From: Alphaproteobacteria bacterium
Lineage (GTDB): Bacteria; Pseudomonadota; Alphaproteobacteria; Holosporales; JBOFFI01
Length of the DNA: 64,000 nucleotides
NCBI GenBank assembly: GCA_051648545.1
Contig: JBOFFI010000010.1
Coordinates: forward strand, 19,383 to 83,382
Direction of reading: 5' to 3'
Part shown: positions 10,055-19,648 of the stretch, piece by piece
Layout: each line of letters starts with the position of its first letter
Position numbering within the stretch: the first letter of the stretch is position 1
Translations under genes and position numbers: made by a program
The notes under the pieces: generated by a model
Database searches by the model: none
Seen by the model: the letters and a program-made list of their open reading frames with translations, nothing else
Told to the model about the DNA's origin: nothing

Positions 10055-10061
10055 GATTAGC

Positions 10062-10994
10062 TTAAGAAGCTGGTTCAAAATGCACCCTAAACTGGTCGCC
10101 GTGCTTGTTTAACACTTCAGGACGCCCAGCATAGGTTTCTTTAAACGCTTCAGTAATGGACATGTTGTTGCTCACATAAAGATCGGTCAGTGCCATTTCA
10201 GGTGCATGTGTGATGAAAGCTTCAACAGACGCGTCTGTAGTAAGTGTTCTTTCGAGGTTAAGTTTCTCTATAGAGGTATTTTTTAATGAATCAAAGTCCC
10301 TTGGGTTTAAACCAAGGTCAACGTTACCTATTCTGGAAAGATTCAAAATCTTCAGATTTGGTTTTTGAGCAAGGGGGACCAAAAATTCCATCCCTTCCAG
10401 CTCACTCTTACAATGATTGGAAAAGTAATTATCACTTAGATCAAGCATTTCAATGCTCTCAGGAAGGCTTTGCATCAAATCTACAACGGGATGTTCTAAG
10501 GTGCCTTCGTTGGGGTCATTACTAATAATATTGCCACTTAGATCTAATTTTTTAAGGTTGCTTTGGCTCAAAAAAGTTTGAAGTGCTGGAAGCCTTAAAT
10601 GGGTCTCATCCCTTGTAAGAAAATTTTTAGTCAATTTAAATGAGGTAAGGTTAGGGAAAGTGGCAAGCCAAGCGTAAGCTTCTCGGGTCAAAAACCCTCC
10701 TCCTTCAGAATTCTGCGGCTTTGTGATAAAATCTGTGATGAACTGTGGCATCAAGGAACGAAAAGATTGATTAACCCGCATAAGGCGCAGCTTGTCTTGG
10801 GGGGTGAGGTGTTTAAATATTTGAGCCCACATGTCCAAAGGAAGCGCGTCTTTTGCGTCAAAATGAGCGACAGCAGGTGCCAGGTTTGACGTTTCACGCT
10901 TGTTTTCCTCATCTGATCCTGGCATCGCCGAAGCCGCCCCCAACAGGCTGAAAAAAGAACAGAGATACAAAAAAGACTTACGAGAGAGTTTCAT
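10062..10994 (-). CDS. Exported F-box + leucine-rich-repeat protein
   Basis: Signal peptide ending GAASA; LPLDMWAQIFKHL...LMRVNQSF F-box; LxxLDLSxN repeats. Confidence 0.8.
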   Translation of the reverse strand: MKLSRKSFLYLCSFFSLLGAASAMPGSDEENKRETSNLAPAVAHFDAKDALPLDMWAQIFKHLTPQDKLRLMRVNQSFRSLMPQFITDFITKPQNSEGGGFLTREAYAWLATFPNLTSFKLTKNFLTRDETHLRLPALQTFLSQSNLKKLDLSGNIISNDPNEGTLEHPVVDLMQSLPESIEMLDLSDNYFSNHCKSELEGMEFLVPLAQKPNLKILNLSRIGNVDLGLNPRDFDSLKNTSIEKLNLERTLTTDASVEAFITHAPEMALTDLYVSNNMSITEAFKETYAGRPEVLNKHGDQFRVHFEPAS

Positions 10995-11157
10995 GAAGTT
11001 AATTACCTATTTTGGTTAACAATATTTCCTTAATATATATTTTTTGTTCTATTTGTCAATATTATGGTCCATAAAAAATATCAACGCCTTCTGCTTCCAG
11101 CAGGCTCATCCAACAGATGAAAAGGAAAAAAATCGTTTTAATTCAAAATAAAATTGA

Positions 11158-11186
11158 TTGATCTTAAAGACAAAATTTGTTAGGTT
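11158..11186 (+). promoter_or_regulatory. Sigma70-like promoter
   Basis: TTGATC-17nt-TAGGTT directly upstream of the structured region. Confidence 0.45.
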
Positions 11187-11198
11187 GAGGGTTAAGTT

Positions 11199-11376
11199 TG
11201 GCTGGTAAGTGCTTGAAAAGCTTGGAGGCACCTGCTTTTTTTCACAAAACCTGCTGAGCTTGTTTCGCGTCTCTGGAGCAAACGTTTCAGGGGCAAATGC
11301 GCGACACCAGGGAGCACCAACTCCCCGATGCCGCTAACCTTTAACGACTTACACGAGTCATTTAAGGCTAAACAAG
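11199..11376 (+). ncRNA. Structured leader-like RNA (resembles alphaproteobacterial speF/ornithine-decarboxylase leaders as recalled, not verified)
   Basis: Consecutive hairpins 11265-11304, 11310-11325 and 11338-11367 with G-U pairs favouring the + strand; GC-richer than the upstream intergenic DNA. Confidence 0.45.
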
Positions 11377-11556
11377 ATGTTAAACGATTTTTCTTTTCTC
11401 GCGCAACTTAAACTTTCACGCCTTCGACACTTTTTCTTCCCTCCAAGGGAAGGAGAGATGCGTTTGGAGGCGGCTGACTGTTTATTTTTCTTGGGGTTGT
11501 CCCTTTGGCTGACCTTAAGCACGCTGTGGGAGGATGCTGACGAAGGCGACGATTAA
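11377..11556 (+). CDS. 59-aa small protein (missing from ORF track)
   Basis: ATG..TAA read by hand: MLNDFSFLAQLKLSRLRHFFFPPREGEMRLEAADCLFFLGLSLWLTLSTLWEDADEGDD; TAAGG RBS-like sequence upstream. Confidence 0.45.
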   Translation: MLNDFSFLAQLKLSRLRHFFFPPREGEMRLEAADCLFFLGLSLWLTLSTLWEDADEGDD

Positions 11557-11711
11557 GCCTGGCGTTCACGTTTACTGTCCAGAAAGGGGAGTGGGGCGCG
11601 AACGTGCGAGGTGTTGCGAAGTTTCATGAGGCAGTTTTCTCCATAAACAAAGCTATCCATGACCCTTGCACTCGTAAGCCTTTTGCGTTTCGCTCCCCTG
11701 ATCTGAGGGGT

Positions 11712-13100
11712 TTACACCAACTGTCCTGAAAGGCTGCTGGCGAAGCCATTGAGAATAGAAACTGACCCAAGGGTTCCCATTAAATTTTCGGACGTTTCAA
11801 CATAAACAGATTGCATGTAGGGGCTTTTGCCCATCCACTGGCCGGCCTTTTTTCCTTTGCGCTCAAAAAGCACAGGAAGCGTTGAGCCCACCATGGCTTG
11901 GTTATAAGAAAGCTGTTGCTCACCTAGCAGCGCCTGGAGCACCTGCAAGCGTTGATCTTTCACCGTCTCCGGTATTTGATCTTCATAAAGAGCACCTGGC
12001 GTTCCCGGGCGAGGGCTATATTTGAAAGAGTAAGCCTGGGCATAGCCAACCTTTCGAACGAGGGTAAGGGTTTGCTCAAAATCCGCATCGGTTTCCCCCG
12101 GGAAGCCCACAATGAAGTCGGAAGAAAAGGCCATATCTGGGCGGGCATCTCTCAATGTTTGAATCCATGTTTCATACATCTCAACGCCATGGCGGCGATT
12201 CATCCGTTTTAAAACCGAGGAAGATCCTGATTGTACCGGCAGGTGGATGAAGGGCATTAAAGCAGGAATGTCCCCGTGGGCTTTAACCAGCTCGTCATGC
12301 ATGTCCCGGGGGTGAGACGTCATATATCGGATACGCTTCAGGCCAGGAAGCTCTGCCAAGGCATAAAACAGGCGCCCCAAGCTCCAGGTTTGTTTTCCAC
12401 AGGGAGAATCTCCGTGGTAGGCATTCACATTTTGCCCTAAGAGGGTCAGCTCCTGGGCGCCCCCCGCGATCAATTGTTTGGCTTCTGCCAAAATTTGGGC
12501 AGCAGGTCTTGAATATTCTGCCCCCCGGGTATAGGGCACAACGCAAAAGGTGCAAAATTTATCGCACCCTTCTTGGATGGCGAGAAAGGCAGTGGGGCCA
12601 GAGGCTTTGGGTTCGGGCAAAAAATCAAATTTAGACTCTGCAGGAAAATCAAGGTTAACCACCCCACGCCCGGGGCCTTGGGTTTCTTTTTCCAAAGAGC
12701 GGATCGCTTGGGCAAGCATCTCAGGGAGCTGGTGATAGGTTTGGGGGCCAAACACCATATCCACATAAGGGGCGCGGCGGAAGATTTCTTCGCCTTGGGC
12801 CTGGGCAACACATCCAGCCACTGCCAGAATCAGCTTTTGGTTCTCTGTTTTATGAGGCTTCAGGCGCCCCAGGTCTGAAAACAGTTTTTCTTCAGCTTTT
12901 TCTCGAATATGACAGGTGTTTAAGATGATCATATCCGACCCATCGGGGGATTCCACCAGGGTATACCCTAAAGGCGCAAGGGTTTCTGCCATCCGCTGGG
13001 AATCATAGACATTCATCTGGCAACCGTAAGTCTTCATATAAAGCTTCCGCAAAGGAGCCAGTGGTGTTGCAACAGCTTGTGAAAGGGGAGGGGTCATCAA
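11712..13100 (-). CDS. miaB: tRNA-2-methylthio-N6-dimethylallyladenosine synthase
   Basis: TYGCQMN, NTCHIRE, CDKFCTFC radical-SAM motif, YSPRPGTP, TRAM domain. Confidence 0.97.
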   Translation of the reverse strand: MMTPPLSQAVATPLAPLRKLYMKTYGCQMNVYDSQRMAETLAPLGYTLVESPDGSDMIILNTCHIREKAEEKLFSDLGRLKPHKTENQKLILAVAGCVAQAQGEEIFRRAPYVDMVFGPQTYHQLPEMLAQAIRSLEKETQGPGRGVVNLDFPAESKFDFLPEPKASGPTAFLAIQEGCDKFCTFCVVPYTRGAEYSRPAAQILAEAKQLIAGGAQELTLLGQNVNAYHGDSPCGKQTWSLGRLFYALAELPGLKRIRYMTSHPRDMHDELVKAHGDIPALMPFIHLPVQSGSSSVLKRMNRRHGVEMYETWIQTLRDARPDMAFSSDFIVGFPGETDADFEQTLTLVRKVGYAQAYSFKYSPRPGTPGALYEDQIPETVKDQRLQVLQALLGEQQLSYNQAMVGSTLPVLFERKGKKAGQWMGKSPYMQSVYVETSENLMGTLGSVSILNGFASSLSGQLV

Positions 13101-13116
13101 AAAAATCCTTCGTTCA

Positions 13117-13554
13117 TCACGGATCTTGCCGAGGTGGCTTTTCCAAGGGAACCGCGTAAAGCTCTAAACGGTGATCAATCAACTTATAGCCCAAACGTAG
13201 CGCGACCTCTTTTTGCAAGGCTTCAATGGCTTCATCCTGAAATTCAATGATTTCACCTGTTTTCATGTTGATGAGGTGATCGTGATGCTGGGATGAAGCT
13301 TCCTCATAGCGCAATTTACCCTCTCGAAAATCATGGCTTTCTAGGATATCCATCTCTTCCAAAAGGCGAAGGGTGCGGTATACTGTGGCAATGCTGATCC
13401 GGGGGTCCAGCTTAAAGGCCCGTTGATAAACCTGCTCCACATCTGGGTGGTCTGTTGCTTCAGACAGGATGGCCAGAATGGTGCGCCGCTGGTCGGTCAT
13501 CCGCAGGCCTTTGTCCAGACACCGTTGCTCTAAATTTGACTTTTGTTTCTCCAT
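13117..13554 (-). CDS. fur: Fur-family transcriptional regulator
   Basis: GLRMTDQR, HPDVE, SIATVYRT, HHDHLI; start trimmed to ATG 13554. Confidence 0.93.
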   Translation of the reverse strand: MEKQKSNLEQRCLDKGLRMTDQRRTILAILSEATDHPDVEQVYQRAFKLDPRISIATVYRTLRLLEEMDILESHDFREGKLRYEEASSQHHDHLINMKTGEIIEFQDEAIEALQKEVALRLGYKLIDHRLELYAVPLEKPPRQDP

Positions 13555-13729
13555 AACTTTATTTTTATCATAAAACCAAATTTTAAAGCTAGTTGTATTT
13601 TGTGACCCAGATTTCCTGGAAAAGCCCGGCGGCTTATGTAACATTTTTGTAAAAAAGATTGATTTGTAGTCAAGGCTTTTGTCTTCTAAAATGACAATTA
13701 TAATGCGTAAATAATGAAACATGATGTAA

Positions 13730-14692
13730 ATGACGGTTCCTTCTTATCAGCAACAGCAAACCCTTCTTTCCCAGATTACTTGCACAGGGATTGGGGTTCA
13801 TTCCGGCAAAGAGGTTCAGGTTCGTCTGGCGCCTGCCCTTGAATACGAAGGCGTTCGGTTTGTCCTTGGGCGAGGGGAACATGCCGTGGAGGTTCAAGCC
13901 AACTGGCGCGCTGTTGTGGATACAAGGCTTTGCACCACCTTAGGCCATGCCACTGGCGCAAAAATCTCTACCGTTGAGCACTTAATGGCAGCTTTGGCCG
14001 GCTGTGGTGTTGATAATACAAAAATTTTTGTAGAAGGGGAAGAGCTTCCCATCCTGGATGGAAGCTCCCTTGGTTTCGTTGAAGCCATTCAAAAGGTTGG
14101 CCTTCGCAGACAACCGGCTGTTCGGCAGGCTTTTCGCGTCCGCAAACCTGTGCGGGTTCAAGAAGGTAAAGCTTTTCTTGAAATCACCCCTTCTCCTTAC
14201 TTTGAAGCAAGCCTTGAAGTTCCTTTGAAGGGTGCAAAGACCCAATTTTTCCATTATACATCAAAAACCCATGATTTTGAGACAGTGGCTTCTGCCCGAA
14301 CCTTTTCTTTGTTGGAGCAAGTGCAACAGATGCAGGCTGCTGGTTTTATCAAAGGTGGAGGCCTTGAAAATGCCGTCGTGTTGGATGGAGAAACAGTCCT
14401 CAATCCAGAAGGTCTGAGGTTTCCAGATGAATGTGCTCGCCACAAAGTGTTGGACATGATAGGAGACTTAGCCCTGGCCGGAAGGCCTATTTTGGGACAT
14501 GTGCGGGGGATTTATCCAGGACATCATCTGAATCACCTCTTACTCCAAAAACTGATGCTTGATGTTGATGCTTGGGAATTGGTGCCGCTTCCTGCTTTGG
14601 GGGGCATTAAAGATTTTTCTAAAAAATCAGCTTTTCGGGTTGCTACAGCTCAGCCTGTTGCTGTTTTTGAAACATCAGCTTATAACAGATAG
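13730..14692 (+). CDS. lpxC: UDP-3-O-acyl-GlcNAc deacetylase
   Basis: GIGVHSG, STVEHLMAAL, PILDGS, RHKVLDMIGDL. Confidence 0.96.
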   Translation: MTVPSYQQQQTLLSQITCTGIGVHSGKEVQVRLAPALEYEGVRFVLGRGEHAVEVQANWRAVVDTRLCTTLGHATGAKISTVEHLMAALAGCGVDNTKIFVEGEELPILDGSSLGFVEAIQKVGLRRQPAVRQAFRVRKPVRVQEGKAFLEITPSPYFEASLEVPLKGAKTQFFHYTSKTHDFETVASARTFSLLEQVQQMQAAGFIKGGGLENAVVLDGETVLNPEGLRFPDECARHKVLDMIGDLALAGRPILGHVRGIYPGHHLNHLLLQKLMLDVDAWELVPLPALGGIKDFSKKSAFRVATAQPVAVFETSAYNR

Positions 14693-14729
14693 AAATTAAG
14701 TTAGACTGTTTTGAAAAGAGAAAGCTGAT

Positions 14730-15551
14730 TTGAGTATGCGTACGTTGAAGCCTTTTTTTGCGCCTTTGGGGGCATTGGTTTTGTGTTTAGCTGGTTGTGA
14801 TAAGCAAGAAAAGCCCTATGTTGAGCGCCCTGTGGGGGAGCTTTACCAGGAGGGTTATCAATCCTTCCAGAATGAAAATTTTGAAGAAGCGGCTGCTACC
14901 TTTGATGAGGTTGAGCGCCAACATCCTTATTCTGCTTGGGCCGCAAAAGCTCAGCTTTTGTCTGCTTATGCTTCCTATAAACAGCAAAAATTTGATCAAG
15001 CCATTTCTACGCTGGATCTTTTTATCTCTCTTCATCCAACACACCCCCATGTGGCCTATGCCTATTATTTGAGAGCCCTTGCCTATTACCAAGACATTGG
15101 TTCGGTTAAAAGAGACCAAAAAAATACGGTTCTTGCATTGGGTGCCTTAAATGAGGTTATTAACCGTTTTTCTGAAACCCCCTATGCCCTGGATGCTCGC
15201 CTTAAACGAGATTTTGTGTTAGATCACCTCGCGGCTAAAGAGATGGAAATCGGCAGGCTTTACCAAAAAAATTATCAATACATGGCAGCCATCAATCGCT
15301 TTCGCCAGGTTGTGGTAGAACATGCCCGCAGCACCCATGTCCCAGAAGCTTTACACCGTCTGGTGGAATGCGATCTTGCCCTTGGCATGAGGGGGGAAGC
15401 CCAAAAAATAGCCGCTGTCCTGGGACACAACTTCCCTTCAAGCTCCTGGTATGCAGATAGCTATTTGCTGTTAAAAGGGGTGGATTTAAGGCCTGAGTGG
15501 CATAAACAACAAGAAGCTAGCTGGCTTTCTTCTTGGATGCCTAGTTCTTAA
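14730..15551 (+). CDS. bamD: Outer membrane protein assembly lipoprotein BamD
   Basis: LAGC lipobox, VERQHPYS, HLAAKEMEIGR, TPR-like helices. Confidence 0.93.
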   Translation: MSMRTLKPFFAPLGALVLCLAGCDKQEKPYVERPVGELYQEGYQSFQNENFEEAAATFDEVERQHPYSAWAAKAQLLSAYASYKQQKFDQAISTLDLFISLHPTHPHVAYAYYLRALAYYQDIGSVKRDQKNTVLALGALNEVINRFSETPYALDARLKRDFVLDHLAAKEMEIGRLYQKNYQYMAAINRFRQVVVEHARSTHVPEALHRLVECDLALGMRGEAQKIAAVLGHNFPSSSWYADSYLLLKGVDLRPEWHKQQEASWLSSWMPSS

Positions 15552-16002
15552 GAGCGTTGAGGAAGCCTTGGAGGATATAGGCGGCGGCTAGTTTATCTAC
15601 CGCTTTATCCCGTTTTTCTCGAGAGATGTCAGCCTCAAGCAAGGTTCGGGTGATGGCAACGGTAGAAAGCCGCTCATCCCACAAGAAGCAGGGAAAATCT
15701 GCGATAGCTAAAAAATTTTTGACGAAAGCTAACGTGGCGTGGCAACGTGGCCCTTGGCTTCCGTTCATGTTCAAGGGCCAGCCCACAACAAAGCCTTGGA
15801 GCGAAAACGTTTTGAAAAAATCTGCTAAAATGAGGCTGTCTTGGGTCCATTTTTTCCGGTGGATGGTTTGAAAAGGAGAGGCGATAAGCCTGGTTTCATC
15901 ACATATCGCCAAGCCAAAGGTTTTGCTTCCCGCATCAACCCCCAGCAAACGCCCCTTGGGTGAGGCAGATTTGAACTCAGCAAGGTTTTGGCATAGGGGC
16001 AT
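15541..16002 (-). CDS. ruvX: Holliday junction resolvase-like RuvX/YqgF
   Basis: LLGVDxGxKxxGLA, WDERLST, VDKLAAAYILQ. Confidence 0.93.
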   Translation of the reverse strand: MPLCQNLAEFKSASPKGRLLGVDAGSKTFGLAICDETRLIASPFQTIHRKKWTQDSLILADFFKTFSLQGFVVGWPLNMNGSQGPRCHATLAFVKNFLAIADFPCFLWDERLSTVAITRTLLEADISREKRDKAVDKLAAAYILQGFLNALKN

Positions 16003-16022
16003 AAATTTCCAATAAAAAAGAT

Positions 16023-17372
16023 CTAACGTTCGCGCAGCGCATCATATTTTGCTTTAACAAAAGGTTTAAGTAAATAGGTTAAGATTGTTTTCTTTCCTGT
16101 GAAAACGTGGGTTGTCACTTGCATCCCTGAAATAATCGGCATTTTTTTACCATCTTTTTGGAGATAATTTTTTTCAGTTCGAAGTTGGATTTTGAAAAAA
16201 CTCTGGCCTTTTTCATCCACAATAGAGTCTGCGCTCACATTTTCCAACTTTGCTTTCAAACCTCCATAAATGGAAAAATCGTAAGCCGTCACTTTAACCA
16301 TGGCATCTAAACCAGGTCTTAAAAAAGCAACATCTGCGGGCAAGATATTCGCCTCAATCAACAGTTGATCATCCAAAGGCACCACCTCAACTAAATCAGC
16401 GCTTGGGTCTATAGATCCGCCGATGGTTTTTGTTTTGAGAAGCTTCACAATGCCATACACGGGAGAGCGGATATCCGTTCGTGTCACGCGATCTTTATCT
16501 GTTTCAAGGACAGATTCCACATCTTGAAGTTTTTGTTCAACGTCTTTGAGCTCGGCTAAGCGCTCATCGCGAAATTTAAACCGAATCTGTTTTGCGATTT
16601 TTTCCGCTTCCTTAAAGGCTGCGTCTGCTTTGGGGATAGCGGTTCGCAGGGAATTCATTTGCCCTTTTTGTTCTTCCAATTCGCGTTTTAGGTTAAGAAA
16701 ATCAATTTGAGAAACCAGTTGCTTTTTTGCAAGGGGCTCTTTGATGGCAATTTGTTTTTCAGTAATCTCGTACTGGGCTTGAAATTTGTTAAGCTGGGCT
16801 TTTTGGTTTTCTAAATCTTGTCTACGTTGTTCTGTTTCATGGGAAGCAATCTCAATTTCAGAATTCATTTTTTCAGTTTGGGTGTTGAAATAGCGGACTT
16901 GTTCTGTTGCAATTGCTGGATTTTTTGTAACAACTTCTTGGGAAGGTTGGTAGGCTTTTCCTTCAATTTGGGCATTGAGGCGCTCTTTCATGGCCAAAAA
17001 ACGAATATAATTTTCTTGGTTTTCACGATATTTTTCTTTTGCTGCAACGTTTTCTAGACGCAGCAAAATTTGGTTTTTTTGTACGATTTGTCCCTCTGAA
17101 ACGAGAATTTCTTTTAAAATTCCCCCTTCTAGGTTGTCAATCACTTGCACATGTTTGGAAGGCACCACTTTTCCGGTGCCAACTGTCACCTCGTCTACTT
17201 CAGAAAAAGCTGCCCATACCAAAAGAACCAGCAATAAAGCCAGGGTTGCGTAAAGCATCCAAAGAGATATTTTAGAGCTCTTGGCCATAAAAGCTTTCAC
17301 GGTTGGAGGAAGATATTCATAATCTTCATTTTTTTGAGACACGATTTTTCTCCTCTTGGGCTGGAAGTGCAT
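16023..17372 (-). CDS. HlyD-family type I secretion membrane fusion protein
   Basis: One N-terminal TM, GKVVPS..VQVIDNLEGG, coiled coil, TAYDFSIYG, ends ALRER. Confidence 0.93.
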   Translation of the reverse strand: MHFQPKRRKIVSQKNEDYEYLPPTVKAFMAKSSKISLWMLYATLALLLVLLVWAAFSEVDEVTVGTGKVVPSKHVQVIDNLEGGILKEILVSEGQIVQKNQILLRLENVAAKEKYRENQENYIRFLAMKERLNAQIEGKAYQPSQEVVTKNPAIATEQVRYFNTQTEKMNSEIEIASHETEQRRQDLENQKAQLNKFQAQYEITEKQIAIKEPLAKKQLVSQIDFLNLKRELEEQKGQMNSLRTAIPKADAAFKEAEKIAKQIRFKFRDERLAELKDVEQKLQDVESVLETDKDRVTRTDIRSPVYGIVKLLKTKTIGGSIDPSADLVEVVPLDDQLLIEANILPADVAFLRPGLDAMVKVTAYDFSIYGGLKAKLENVSADSIVDEKGQSFFKIQLRTEKNYLQKDGKKMPIISGMQVTTHVFTGKKTILTYLLKPFVKAKYDALRER

Positions 17373-19527
17373 TCATTTTTTGAAGTTTTTCAAGAATTTC
17401 GTCCCGTGGGCCATCGGCAATCAACTTTCCTTGATCAAACACAAGCACGCGATCAACAAGACTCAGAAGATTGATCCGATGGGTAACCATCAAAAAGGTT
17501 TTTTGGGGAACAATTTTCTCCATATTTTTAATGAAAATTGCTTCAGAAGCTGGGTCCATCATGGCGGTTGGTTCATCCATCAGAAGGATAGGGGGGTCTC
17601 CTGCCAAAGCCCTCGCAATGGCGATGGATTGGCGTTGACCGCCTGAAAGAAAGTTTCCTCCTTCCCCTACTGGCATATCATACCCCTGGGGGTTTCGGTT
17701 CACGAATTCATGGGTCCCTGACAAAAACGCAGCTTGAACAAGCGCTTCATCATTAACGCCTTGGGCTGCCATGCGGATGTTATCTTTCACAGATCCAAAA
17801 AAATGGAAAATGTCTTGGGGAACATACCCCACATTCGCACGAATATCGCTGGGGTCCAGCTGCCGCGTATCTATCCCATCAAGGAGCACACTCCCAGAAT
17901 TTGGCGAATAAAGGGCGATGATAAGCTTTTCTATAGTGGTTTTTCCAGACCCTACGCGACCAATAAGCCCAACTTTTTCTCCGGGTTTAATCTTAAAATT
18001 AATAGATTGTAAGGCTGATATTTCTTGGTTTGGGTATTCAAAGCTAACATCATTAAACTCAATTGCACCTTGAAATGTGCTCCGGTGGATAAAATTTTTG
18101 TCCGCAGGGCGTTCAACAGGAAGTTCGATGATTTGGTTTAATTCTTTGAGGGTGATCCTGACATGGTTAAAACGCCCAAGAATTGAGATAACCTGAGCTA
18201 GAGGCATCATAGAGCGTGACAAGAGGATAGAACAAGCGATAATGCCTCCCATAGACAAATGCCCCTCGGAAACCATAAATACCCCATAGATGATGATGGA
18301 AACATAAGCAATATTTTGAACAAACAAGGTGAAATTCATGTTGAGCATGGTGTAAAAATTAAGCTTTGTCGCAGACTGGGAGGATCTGCTTACGATATCT
18401 TCCCAAAGTTTTTGAAATTTACCTTCTGCATTGAGGGTTTTGATGGTTTCAAGTCCTTGAACAGCCTCAACTAAAATGCCTTGTTTTTGCATAGCTTCCC
18501 GGAAGGAGCGGCTTGCGATAAGTTGAAGACTAGGCTGAGAGAAAAAGCTCCAAACCAAGACAAGAACCGTTCCAATCACAGGAATCCAGCCTAAACCACC
18601 TCCAATCCAGAATATGGTGGCCAAAAAGAGCAGAGAAAAAGGGAGGTCTACAAGGGCAACGAGGGTGGATGACGAGAAAAAATCTCGAAGGCCCTCAAAT
18701 TCTTTTAAGGTGTTGAGAAAGCCGCCAGATGAAATAGGCTTGGAAGACATTTTTAAATTCAAAACATGCTCAAAGAGCTTGCTGGAAATTAAGATGTCTG
18801 AATTTTTCCCTGCCACATCTAAAAAATAACCTCGAAGCATTTTAATGATAAAATCAAATATATAAATTAGAAAAATGCCAGTGGATAAAACAAAAAGCGT
18901 TTCAAAAGCATTGTTGGGGAGAACGCGGTCATAAACGTTGAGAGAAAAAAGAACCGTTGCAATGGTGAATAAATTGATCAAAACAGAGGCTGTTATGGCT
19001 TGCAAGTAAAGTCCTTTAAAAAGCTCAAAAGCCCCCCAAAACCAATGTTTTCCATAAACTTTTTGATGTTCTCTCCAGCGGGTATCAAACTGAAAAGCAG
19101 GTCGTATAAAAAGCGCTTGGCCTACATAAGATTTTTCTAGCGTTTCACCTTTGACGCTTTGAACGCCTTTTCCATATTCTGGAAAAATAACCAAATAAGT
19201 TGATGCATCTTTCTTACCAACCAAGACGCAGGCTTGATTATTTTCAAGTAGCAAAATACAAGGCATCATGACCGTTGAAATATCTTCTAAGCTCTTTTTT
19301 AAAATTTTAGAAGAAAAACCGGCCCTGGATGAGGCGCGCAAGACCAAATCAGGCGTCACAAAACCTCCTTGGCTAGGAAGCCCCGCTTTAAAAGCAGATT
19401 CTGAAAAGGGTCTTTCCAAAAGCTCGCTTAATGTCTCCAAACATAAAAGCAACACATCAACTTTACTTGAAGGTTTTTTTTGTGGTTCTACGGAAGGAGG
19501 CGCTTTATTTTTTTTCTCTTCTGGCAA
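17326..19527 (-). CDS. Type I secretion permease/ATPase (LapB/LssB type with C39-like N-domain)
   Basis: NVYDRVLPN, GRVGSGKT, LSGGQRQ, DEPT; N-terminal C39-like domain. Confidence 0.92.
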   Translation of the reverse strand: MPEEKKNKAPPSVEPQKKPSSKVDVLLLCLETLSELLERPFSESAFKAGLPSQGGFVTPDLVLRASSRAGFSSKILKKSLEDISTVMMPCILLLENNQACVLVGKKDASTYLVIFPEYGKGVQSVKGETLEKSYVGQALFIRPAFQFDTRWREHQKVYGKHWFWGAFELFKGLYLQAITASVLINLFTIATVLFSLNVYDRVLPNNAFETLFVLSTGIFLIYIFDFIIKMLRGYFLDVAGKNSDILISSKLFEHVLNLKMSSKPISSGGFLNTLKEFEGLRDFFSSSTLVALVDLPFSLLFLATIFWIGGGLGWIPVIGTVLVLVWSFFSQPSLQLIASRSFREAMQKQGILVEAVQGLETIKTLNAEGKFQKLWEDIVSRSSQSATKLNFYTMLNMNFTLFVQNIAYVSIIIYGVFMVSEGHLSMGGIIACSILLSRSMMPLAQVISILGRFNHVRITLKELNQIIELPVERPADKNFIHRSTFQGAIEFNDVSFEYPNQEISALQSINFKIKPGEKVGLIGRVGSGKTTIEKLIIALYSPNSGSVLLDGIDTRQLDPSDIRANVGYVPQDIFHFFGSVKDNIRMAAQGVNDEALVQAAFLSGTHEFVNRNPQGYDMPVGEGGNFLSGGQRQSIAIARALAGDPPILLMDEPTAMMDPASEAIFIKNMEKIVPQKTFLMVTHRINLLSLVDRVLVFDQGKLIADGPRDEILEKLQKMNALPAQEEKNRVSKK

Positions 19528-19648
19528 TGTAAAACTCTTTTCTATAAAAAAAATAATTAATTTATTGATTTATATGATTTATTTTTTTATGGTATGAGCG
19601 AAATTGTAAAATTTTTATTAATATTGACCGCAAAAAGCAGCAAAGGGG

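Noticed and set aside
11377-11556. Homology of the sORF to the enterobacterial SpeFL arrest peptide
   Set aside because: Only a short HFF coincidence; the HIRRxxH sensor motif is absent
11199-11620. tmRNA, RNase P RNA, 6S or SRP identity for the structured region
   Set aside because: No tRNA-like ends or ANDN-type tag, no GAGGAAAGTCC RNase P core, no single long 6S rod, no SRP loop motif seen
13555-13722. N-terminal extensions in the ORF track for fur (also znuA, trxB, glyA, SIMPL)
   Set aside because: Longest-ORF artefacts; family homology and RBS begin at downstream ATGs
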